DNA of 64,000 nt from assembly GCA_963717465.1 (NCBI GenBank), contig OY970340.1:736001-800000 (forward strand), given 5' to 3'. Under the pieces are notes generated by a model. The model did no database searches and was not told the origin of the DNA. It saw nothing but the letters and a program-made list of their open reading frames with translations. The stretch is from Candidatus Bathyarchaeota archaeon (GTDB lineage Archaea; Thermoproteota; Bathyarchaeia; Bathyarchaeales; Bathycorpusculaceae). This document shows positions 9,477 to 18,205 of the stretch, piece after piece (the first letter of the stretch is position 1; each line of letters opens with the position of its first letter). The position numbers were made by a program, and so were the translations under genes.

Positions 9477-11048
9477 TTGAGACTTGGAATTAATATTCCT
9501 AAACGATTCGCTCCACCTATAGCAACAGACGAGGAGCTTATGAAAATCCATCAAGCCGCAATGTATCTATTACAGAACGTTGGAATTGGAGGAGTCACTC
9601 CTAAACTACAGAAATTGTTCAAGGATCTAGGCTGTACTGTTATTGACGAGAAGAAAGGCGTTGTTACGATACCTCAACATCTTGGAATGGAAGGCATAAA
9701 TGCGATACCAACTACGAACATTTTGCCCGGTAGGGTACCCGCAAACGACATTGTCTTGGAAGCTGGAAGCCGAAGATGTTTTGCTGGGGCTTTCGGAATC
9801 ATGGCCCTTTACGCAAAATTTAATCCGAGCAACCGAAACTTTGAGTATCGAGACGGAGTTGATGCTGACAACTGGAGAGAACAGAAGGTTACTGAGTACT
9901 TCCCAGAATTCGACATGGTAAGCCCAATTTACCTGCCTATGGACTTGGCAGAGGCAGGCTTGCCAGTGGACACTCATGACCTCAACAGCACCATTCAGTG
10001 CACTACCAAGCATATTTGGCACATTGACGCAATTGACCATATTGACTGCTACACTGAGTTAGCCGCTGAAGTTCTCGGAGGAATGGACGAAGTTGCGAAG
10101 AGACCATTCATTACTAACCATGGAGACACACCAGGCATCGTTTACGGTCAAAAGACCAGTGACAGAATGTACGCAACTGTAGAAGGCTGGCAAAAAGGCA
10201 GGCCTCTGATGATAGACTTCACTGATGTTTGCATACCTGGGTTCCAGGGTCCCCTTAGCTTAACAGGAGCTTACGCAGTGACCGTTGCTTGCGACATTTC
10301 AATGGCAGTAGGTTTAGCTCTAGGAATGAACGGAGTTGGAAAAGGGCGTATCCCCGACATGACCTACGCACTAGTCATGGCCATGGACGCATACACACAA
10401 CAGTTAGGATGCATGACTGAATTTACCAAGTGTCTAGCTCTACACGCGAACTTCTGGCACCGCAACTACCCAACACCAAAAGCTACCATGTGGCCAGGTG
10501 TAACCATTGGAGGTAACATGGGTAATGCAGATACACAAGGTGGTATGTTTACTTACCATTTGATGAACGCCATGCAGAGCGGTACTGATCAGTTCGGATG
10601 TTGGCCCACAACCGTAGGTCCAAACGGAATTAGGATGGCAAGTCACACCATCAACGCTGAATGTATCCGAATGTTTACACACATGTTCCAAGACCTTGAC
10701 TTCGGCGCTTCAAACTTCGCGTATGAAAAATGGCTCAAGAAAGGTCCAAGAGGCGACTTCATGAAGGAACCTGAAACTCTCAAAGGAATGGCAGACATTG
10801 GTTTCATGCCCATGAGACACGGTTACGGACTATATGAAACAAGGCAATGGCTACGATGGATTGAAGACAGACTCGGCTTAGATGACCGCGCAGAAGCTTT
10901 GACTGCAAAGATTATAAAGGAATATCCAGCTCCACTACCACCAAAAGACGTAGCTGACAAAATGAATGCAATAATCACTAAATACGACAAGGTACTACAA
11001 ATCGGCGGCTATCAAGTAGACGTAAAGGGAACCGGAGCAAGATTCTAA
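9477..11048 (+). CDS. Divergent trimethylamine methyltransferase (MttB)-superfamily protein, no pyrrolysine
   Basis: DEELMKIHQAAMYLLQNVGI, TTKH, GP.SL.GA, ADTQGG, GPRGDFM.EPETL, PLP.DV..KM..II; no in-frame TAG; corrinoid gene follows. Confidence 0.7.
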   Translation: MRLGINIPKRFAPPIATDEELMKIHQAAMYLLQNVGIGGVTPKLQKLFKDLGCTVIDEKKGVVTIPQHLGMEGINAIPTTNILPGRVPANDIVLEAGSRRCFAGAFGIMALYAKFNPSNRNFEYRDGVDADNWREQKVTEYFPEFDMVSPIYLPMDLAEAGLPVDTHDLNSTIQCTTKHIWHIDAIDHIDCYTELAAEVLGGMDEVAKRPFITNHGDTPGIVYGQKTSDRMYATVEGWQKGRPLMIDFTDVCIPGFQGPLSLTGAYAVTVACDISMAVGLALGMNGVGKGRIPDMTYALVMAMDAYTQQLGCMTEFTKCLALHANFWHRNYPTPKATMWPGVTIGGNMGNADTQGGMFTYHLMNAMQSGTDQFGCWPTTVGPNGIRMASHTINAECIRMFTHMFQDLDFGASNFAYEKWLKKGPRGDFMKEPETLKGMADIGFMPMRHGYGLYETRQWLRWIEDRLGLDDRAEALTAKIIKEYPAPLPPKDVADKMNAIITKYDKVLQIGGYQVDVKGTGARF

Positions 11049-11073
11049 GGAGACAAAAAAGAAGGAATCATTT

Positions 11074-11727
11074 ATGGTAACTAAAGCTGAAGTACTTGAA
11101 CACCTCGCAAAAGCAATCATTGACTATGATGAGGAAAAGGCTGTTGCAGCGGCAAAAGAAGCAGTAGAAAACAAGCTGGAGATTATGGACGCTATCGAGA
11201 AAGGCCTATCAGTTGGCATCAAAGAAGTTGGTGACCGCTTTGGCCGCTTCGAATACCCACTACCCTACGTAATCATGGCTGCAAACGCGATGACTGCTGC
11301 AGTTAACTACCTCAAAGAAAAGTATCCCAAAGACAAGCTGCCAAAGGCAAAAGGCATAGTCGTAATTGGCACGGCTTTCGGCGACATCCACAGCATCGGC
11401 AAGAACTTGATTGCTGACATGTTGCGTACCGATGGCTTTGACGTTTATGACTTAGGTGAAGAAATTCCAACCGAGGACTACGTCAAGAAGGCTGAAGAGG
11501 TCCATGCTGATATTGTTGCGATGGGCGCTTTGATGACTAGCAGCATGTCTTATCAGAGAGCGCTGGTTGATACGCTTGTTGAGCGTGGTCTTCGTAAGAA
11601 GTATAAGGTTCTTGTTGGCGGTACTCCGATGACTGATGATTTCTGCAAACGCATTAAGGCTGATACTTGGGGTGCGGACTGCGGAGACGCAATCAAGAAG
11701 GCAAGAATGCTCGTAGGCAAAACTTAA
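11074..11727 (+). CDS. Methyltransferase cognate corrinoid protein
   Basis: Cap domain plus GDIHSIGKN (DxHxxG), GALMTSS, VGG. Confidence 0.92.
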   Translation: MVTKAEVLEHLAKAIIDYDEEKAVAAAKEAVENKLEIMDAIEKGLSVGIKEVGDRFGRFEYPLPYVIMAANAMTAAVNYLKEKYPKDKLPKAKGIVVIGTAFGDIHSIGKNLIADMLRTDGFDVYDLGEEIPTEDYVKKAEEVHADIVAMGALMTSSMSYQRALVDTLVERGLRKKYKVLVGGTPMTDDFCKRIKADTWGADCGDAIKKARMLVGKT

Positions 11728-11807
11728 ACAAACTGCAAAACCGAAAAACAAAAATATCTATCCTCTTTTTCTTTTCTCTGTATAAAATCTAAAATTTAAA
11801 ATGAAAG

Positions 11808-12227
11808 GTGGAAAATGTTATGTCTTATGAAGATAAGTTGATGAATTTCGCGTATAAGTTGTATTCTAAGCTTGCTGATGATCCTGCTATTATTGATGCG
11901 TGTAAGGATCAGGAGAATGACATGATTGTTGAACTAAGTATTGGTGATGTTCCTGATGTTGTTTGGCAGATTGGTTCGAAGGGTAAGAAGTGGGTTGTGA
12001 ATAAGGGTAGTGTTGATGAGGCTAATGCGGCTATTCAGTATCTTAAGCTTAAATACTTGAATGATTGGTGGTCTGGTAAGATGGGTGCTGACGCGTTGTT
12101 TTCGCAAGGAGCCATGTCACTGTTGTCTGGTGACCTGGGTGATCTGGGTTTCATGGCGCCAGTTGAAGAGCCATTAAAGAAAGTTTATCAGCAGATTAAA
12201 GGCGAATTTCCAGGTCTACCAGAGTAG
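11808..12227 (+). CDS. SCP2-like protein
   Basis: KGSVDEANAAI...WWSGKMGADALFSQGAMSLLSGDL resembles the SCP2 G..D...AF..G.L...GD signature. Confidence 0.6.
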   Translation: MENVMSYEDKLMNFAYKLYSKLADDPAIIDACKDQENDMIVELSIGDVPDVVWQIGSKGKKWVVNKGSVDEANAAIQYLKLKYLNDWWSGKMGADALFSQGAMSLLSGDLGDLGFMAPVEEPLKKVYQQIKGEFPGLPE

Positions 12228-12295
12228 ACTGCAAAAATCCTATATTTTTATTTTTTTGTCGTTTAAAACATTGTTCTCTCAGAGAAAATAAGGCA

Positions 12296-12877
12296 CTATT
12301 TCTTAAGGTCAAAACCTATAATAACAGTGCCTAGTTTTCGGTTAAAGATGTCTATTCCCATCCTGCTTTTTTGATAATTATCAGAATGGGGCGTTGGGGA
12401 CCCTACTATAGCATTGCAGGCGCCTGAGACCTTTTCAACTTCGGGACATGGCAAAGGTGAGAAGACCACTTTGGAACGCTCTATAAGCATTTCCTCAGGT
12501 TTAGGCATCCTATCTTTGTAGAGCGCAATGTTCCCCATAAAGATGGCACTCTTATTCTTTTTTAATTCTTCCCGTTTGACAGGGTCAGGAATATCCTCTC
12601 CTATCACTTTTCCTTTCCACTCAACGATCATCATTGGTACAGGAGGCCATTCAAAAACCATATCCGTTACGCAAGCAACTACGACTTCCCGCTTTAGGAC
12701 TTCCTTAACCCCACGGTTATCGCCAAGCCCAAGCCCCATCAATACCTCTCCCTCAGACAGCGCTTCAAGCTCCAAAATCTTCTGTCTATCCTCATTAGTG
12801 AGAACTAATACTTGACGGATACCTTTGAGACTTTTGAGTCTTGATAATACTTCGTTAACTACTTCCTGATGCGACAA
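12296..12877 (-). CDS. Hypothetical protein
   Basis: 193-aa ORF with globular composition; no family recognised. Confidence 0.65.
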   Translation of the reverse strand: MSHQEVVNEVLSRLKSLKGIRQVLVLTNEDRQKILELEALSEGEVLMGLGLGDNRGVKEVLKREVVVACVTDMVFEWPPVPMMIVEWKGKVIGEDIPDPVKREELKKNKSAIFMGNIALYKDRMPKPEEMLIERSKVVFSPLPCPEVEKVSGACNAIVGSPTPHSDNYQKSRMGIDIFNRKLGTVIIGFDLKK

Positions 12878-13025
12878 GAATAATCCCTACGCCATGCCAG
12901 ACGCAATAATAATTATCTATTCTCGTCTATAAATCATTAGGGTATGATCATGCAAATTTGCCAGAATCGAGGTTGACTGCATTAAGTTTGTAAAACAACT
13001 AAAGAACGAGAAAGATTTACTTCTT

Positions 13026-13958
13026 TTAAGACTGCTTGCTTGTTTGTTTTGGCATGATGATTTGGAGTTGATTGGATGGTGTCAATGTTTTGAGTTTTAC
13101 ATGTTCGATTTCGAAGACAACTGAACCTTTTAGTCCCGCATGAAGTCGCCACGTTCTCTTGTCGAAACTTGGAACAAAACCTTGTCGCCATAAATCTACT
13201 ACCGATTGAAAAGGATAACCTGGAAGGTTTAGTTCTTCAGTGTATTTCCATTTTTTGATTTCTGGAAAGAGTGAACCTATGTAAGCCCAGAATGAATCCC
13301 CGACTGAGGCCCTGATTGTATCCCACACTGAGGCTCTGACTGAGGTTCCAACTGCCTCCCAGACTTGAGCCCAGCCCGAAGACATAACTGAATCCCAAAT
13401 TGAATCCCAGAACTCATCCCCGAGTGAAGCCTTGACTGAATCCCAGACTGGATACCATGTTGCTTCCCAGATCGAATCCCCGATTGATGCCCCAACTGAA
13501 TCTCCAACTGAACCCCCGATTGAATCCCAGACTGAATCATAGATCAAAACCCAATTTTGAAGAAGCATTACTTGCTCGTTGGTCACTTTCTTAGGTTCGA
13601 GTTTAAACGGGTGAACCGGTTTACACGCTTCCAAATAATTAAAACCGAACAAATCATTAATTTTTTCCTGCGGAATCTCCTCAACTATGGTCAATTCTTT
13701 GAAACCACATTTCTCTGTATCCTCGACTACTGGTTTTCCTTCAACCAAAAATAACCGAAAAGGAATTTTCGTGACAATAAATATGTCCAAAGGCCTTTTG
13801 CAAGCATGTAACACGCTGTCTGAACAGAGAACTGGCTTAGCTTTATAATTAGGTACTTTTATAATTCGCCCAATATTCTCCGCATAATTAATCGTGTTTC
13901 CACTATGCAAGTCCCATCCTTGAAGGTTGGCTGCTTTATAATAATGGTTGTTCCCCAT
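13026..13958 (-). CDS. Hypothetical protein with W/G-D-S-V/I tetrapeptide repeats
   Basis: 310-aa ORF with GGGGA RBS; repeats DSVWDSIGGSVGDSVGASIGDSIW... Confidence 0.75.
   Translation of the reverse strand: MGNNHYYKAANLQGWDLHSGNTINYAENIGRIIKVPNYKAKPVLCSDSVLHACKRPLDIFIVTKIPFRLFLVEGKPVVEDTEKCGFKELTIVEEIPQEKINDLFGFNYLEACKPVHPFKLEPKKVTNEQVMLLQNWVLIYDSVWDSIGGSVGDSVGASIGDSIWEATWYPVWDSVKASLGDEFWDSIWDSVMSSGWAQVWEAVGTSVRASVWDTIRASVGDSFWAYIGSLFPEIKKWKYTEELNLPGYPFQSVVDLWRQGFVPSFDKRTWRLHAGLKGSVVFEIEHVKLKTLTPSNQLQIIMPKQTSKQS
13290..13545. repeat. Degenerate 12-bp coding tandem repeat
   Basis: Recurrent aatccc(a/c)(g/a)a(c/t)tg units with 12-nt period. Confidence 0.75.
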
Positions 13959-14316
13959 TCCGAGTCCCCTCTACTTTTCTTGCACAGACACCCAAGACCC
14001 ATTCGGCATTCTAATTTTAACTGACATTTGTTTTAACGTGCGACCTAAATAATCCATTCACTCGTCCTTTAATTTTTTTCCTTCTTGTTTCACATTTTGC
14101 TCTCTTTCTAACTTGTTACTTTGATCCTATAGTTGATGCAGACATTTTGAGATTAATGATGCCAAATTTTTAATATTAACGTCGACCATAACTATTCGAA
14201 ATCAATGGAAAACGAAACTGTAAAAATTCTAATCCTCTTTACCAAGATTTCGTTGATGTCCAAATCAAGTTTAGAACACTTAATTGATTGGGTATAACTA
14301 GGCAAGGGAATGTGTC

Positions 14317-15297
14317 ATGTTTAAGTTTAAGGCTTCACAAAAAATCTTCGAAATAGGCAATATGCGTATTGGCGGGCAGCCTGGTGAGCTTCCGAAAGTG
14401 TTGTTCGGAAGTATTTTTTACAGCAAACATAAAATCGTGAAGGATGCGAAAAAAGGGGTCTTTGACAGAAGAAAAGCAGAGATTTTGATAAACAAGCAAG
14501 AAGAACTTTCTGACCTTACCGGCAACCCCTGCGGAATAGATGTTGTATGCACCTCGCTTGAATCAGCTTGCGCACTAATCGATTTTGTCGCAGAAGCAAC
14601 TGATGTGCCGATTTCTACTGATTGCTGGGCTCCAGAGATTAAGATCAAAGTTTTGCGTCACGTTGCTGAGGTTGGTTTGTCACAAAGAATTATTTATAAT
14701 AGTATAATGTCTGTCCCGTTTCCTAAATAAGAAGAACTCAACGCTATTAGAGAATCTAAAGTTAAGGCAGCAATAATTTTATGCTATAACTTGAAGGATC
14801 GGTCAGCGAGCGGGGTTCTGTCTTTACTGAGAGGCACGGAAGAGCAAAGAGGCCTGTTGGAGATTGCACAAGAGGCAGGAATAGAAAAACCGTTGGTAGA
14901 CGCAACCATATTTACATATATTCCGAGCATAGGCGTAGGCGCTAGGGCCTGCTTTATGGTGAAAGACGAATTTGGGCTTCCAGTAGGCGGTTCACCTGGA
15001 AATGCAACAACCGTTTGGAAAAAACCAAAGGAGCTTGGACAAGACATCTATAAAGCCTGTGAAGCAGCTTCAGAAGTCATACCCTTAGCCTTAGGCGCAG
15101 ACTATCTACACTATGGACCAATCGAATCAGCTCCCTGGGTATTTCCAGCATGCGCTGGAATAGACGCAATGATTGCCATGGCAGCACAAACAGAATTCGG
15201 AACAAAGACCCTGACTACTACACATCCATTGAACAAGCTATTCCCAGATATCGTTGAAAAGTTAGAAAATAAAAAAAATCGGTTAGAAAAGCACTGA
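14317..15297 (+). CDS. mtrH: MtrH/MtgA-like methylcorrinoid:tetrahydropterin methyltransferase with in-frame TAA at 14728-14730
   Basis: IGGQPGELP..LFGSIFY..H, IYNSI, LVD, GLPVG..PGNA, GADYLHYGPIE; both ORF halves in the same frame. Confidence 0.85.
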
Positions 15298-15391
15298 AAA
15301 CGCAATAATGATGCACCAATGGATGTCATGACAAAGTTTTTATTATTGAAAAGGAATTAACCCTTTCAAAATTTACTGGGTAGATTAAAGT

Positions 15392-16039
15392 ATGAGTGAA
15401 AATGAAATGCTAAAAAAACTTTCTGATGCGGTTGATGCTGGTGACACGGAAAAGGCTCAGAATGCAGCAAAAGAGTCTCTGGCTAAAGGTGTCCCACCAT
15501 TGAAGGCAATCCTAAATGGACTAGCAGAAGGAATGAGAATAGTTGGTGAAAAGTATGAAAGACAAGAATATTTCTTGCCTGATATGCTTTCGTCAGCAGA
15601 CGCCATGTACGCCGGTCTAGACATTTTAACTCCACAAATTCCTGCATCCGAAAAGACAACTAAAGGAAAGGTACTTCTCGGCGTTGTTGAAGGCGACGTA
15701 CATGACATTGGAAAAAACATCGTTAAAATTATGCTAACAGCTTCTGGATACGAAGTCGTGGACTTAGGCAAAGATGTACCAACACCAGAATTCATTAACA
15801 AAGCTAAGAGTGAAGGCGCGCAAATACTAGCGATGTCAACACTTATGACACCAACACTCATGAACATGAAGGCTGTAGAAGACAAACTAAAGGAGGCAGG
15901 CTTGAAAGGCAAAGTGAAAACAATCATAGGCGGCGGTTCAGTAAGTGAAGAATGGAGAGCAAAAATAGGCTCAGACGCATATGGCAAGGATTCCACAGAA
16001 GCCGTTAACAAAGTTAAGCAGTTAATAGATAGCATGTAG
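15392..16039 (+). CDS. Corrinoid protein (MtaC/MttC-like)
   Basis: GVVEGDVHDIGKNIV, STLMTPT, IGGG. Confidence 0.93.
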   Translation: MSENEMLKKLSDAVDAGDTEKAQNAAKESLAKGVPPLKAILNGLAEGMRIVGEKYERQEYFLPDMLSSADAMYAGLDILTPQIPASEKTTKGKVLLGVVEGDVHDIGKNIVKIMLTASGYEVVDLGKDVPTPEFINKAKSEGAQILAMSTLMTPTLMNMKAVEDKLKEAGLKGKVKTIIGGGSVSEEWRAKIGSDAYGKDSTEAVNKVKQLIDSM

Positions 16040-16044
16040 AGGTT

Positions 16045-17987
16045 ATGAAAGAAGAAAGAACAAAAAAAAGTTCATTGCCGTTTGCCGAAATCGAAATAGT
16101 TTTTCAACCTTATGGCAAACGAGCAAAATTTCCCCCCGGCATCGTAATTATGGATGCAGGTAAGACTTTAGGTGTAGATTTATCTTCACTTTGTTCTGGA
16201 AAAGGCACTTGTGGAAAATGCAAAATTAAGGTCCAAAAAGGGGCTGACGGATTAAGTCCTCTTACAGAAAAAGAACTCAAGCATCTGTCTGAAGAGGAAC
16301 TTAACGCATCCTTTAGGTTAGCATGCCAAGCTCAATTAACTACGCCTTCGGTAATTTATGTTCCATTGATTAGAAGAGTTGGCGTACAAAGGCTGCAAAC
16401 AGAAGGGCTTGATGTACCAGTAAAACCTAACCCATTTGTAAGAAAATACTTTTTGCAAATGCCTCAGCCGACGCTTCATGACAATAGATCCGATGAAGAT
16501 AGACTCCTTGATTCATTAACTAGGCAGTTTGGCCTATCTAACCTTAAAATCGATTTTGAAGCTGCAAAAAGCCTTCCCATTAACCTTCGAAAAGAAAACT
16601 ACGCTGCGACCGCAGTAATCTGGAACAATGAAATTAGAGCTGTTGAACCAGGAGATACGTCTGATAGATGCTATGGGCTTGCTGAGATATTGGGACCACG
16701 AAGTTGGCTGGCTTCTTGATGAATCTTAAAACAGGCAAAGTTGTTTCTGTCGCCGCTAGAATGAACCCTCAAATCCCATTTGGCGAAGATGTCATGTCGC
16801 GGATAACTTATGCCATGATGGGTGAATGGAAAGCCCTTAAAGAGCTTCAAGCAGCTGTTGTTTCGGGAATTAACGAAATAATCGAGGAAAGCTGCAAAAA
16901 AGCTAATGTGAAAATTGAGGAAATATACGAACTCAACTTCGTGGGTAATACGGCAATGCAACTTTTATTTCTCGGCATCTGGCCTCAATATGTTGGATTT
17001 TCCCCTTATCCACCAGTATTACGAAAAGGCGTTGACGTAAACGCTGCAAACTTGGGATTAAAATCTCATCCAAACGCGAATGCACACTTCGTCTCAATCA
17101 TCGGAGGCTTCGTGGGAGCAGATAGCGTTGCAGATATTTTGGCATCAAAAATTTTTGAGTCAGACAAAATTATGATGACCATTGACGTGGGTACAAACAC
17201 TGAGATTCATATAGGAGACAAAGACTATTGCATGGCTGACTCTTGCGCATCTGGACCTGCCTTTGAAGGAATGGAAATAAAATTCGGTATGAGGGCAGCT
17301 ACAGGGTCCATCGAAAAAATAAGCATAGACCCGGACACCTTGGACCTTAACTACAGAACAATAGGGAACGTTCCTGCAGTTGGTATATGCGGCTCAGCAC
17401 TTATAGACGCTCCAGCTGAGTTACTAAAGGCTGGCATAATTAATTTAAGAGGCAACTTTGTCCCTGAAATGACGGCAAAAACCAAAAGATTAAGAAAGGG
17501 ACCTGACGGCGGGGAATTTATTGTTGCAAAGAAGAATGAAACAGGTATAGATACAGACATCGTGATAACTTTAGCAGATATCAGAAAGCTTCAGCAAGCA
17601 AAAGCTGCCATTCATACTGGTGCTGAAATTCTGATGAAAGCAATGAACATAACTGAAAAAGACATTAGTAAACTGGTAATTGCAGGTGCATTTGGAAACT
17701 ATATCGACGCCGAAAACGCAAGAACCATCGGTATGTACCCTGAAATTCCCTATGAAAGAATCGAGTTCTGCGGAAACCTTGCTGGCACAGGCTCCAGGCT
17801 ATCTCTAATTTCAAAAGAGATGAGAGACCAAACTGAAAGAATAAGTGAAAAAGTAAAATATTACGAGCTTGCAGCGGACCCCAACTTCCAAGCTGAATAC
17901 GTGAAGTCTCTGTACTTACCCTACGCTGACCTGAATAAGTATCCAAGCACTAAAGAATTGCTGAAAAGGCTAGGTCGAGTTCCGTAA
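16045..17987 (+). CDS. RamA/RACo-type ATP-dependent corrinoid reductive activase (2Fe-2S + ASKHA), frameshifted near 16685
   Basis: CSGKGTCGKC, RLACQ, DIGTT, NPQIPFGEDVMSRI, IDVGTNTE, CASGPAFEG, GICGS, AGAFG. Confidence 0.9.
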
Positions 17988-18205
17988 AATCTCCTCACTC
18001 CTCAAATTAACCATCCAATACAATATCCATAATCAATAACGCCTCTGCAGCAAGACTAACCGTCACCTGCTGGCTTTTTTTTGATGTTTTTGTTCTTTTC
18101 AATTGCGTTTTGCTCCTCTTCTTTTAAGACGAAAGCATTAAATTTATCGTGCACGCTCATAATAGCGCGCTATGTACGTATTAATTCATTAAATGAGGGG
18201 TAAAG

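Noticed and set aside
13026..13958. Prophage or diversity-generating retroelement
   Set aside because: No integrase, capsid, reverse transcriptase or template/variable repeat pair seen.
16037..16039. TAG ending the corrinoid gene as a pyrrolysine codon
   Set aside because: The protein is already full length, the next gene starts 5 nt later, and there are no pyl genes in the window.
16680..16720. ramA as two separate genes
   Set aside because: One missing base restores the conserved DIGTT motif; treated as an indel error.
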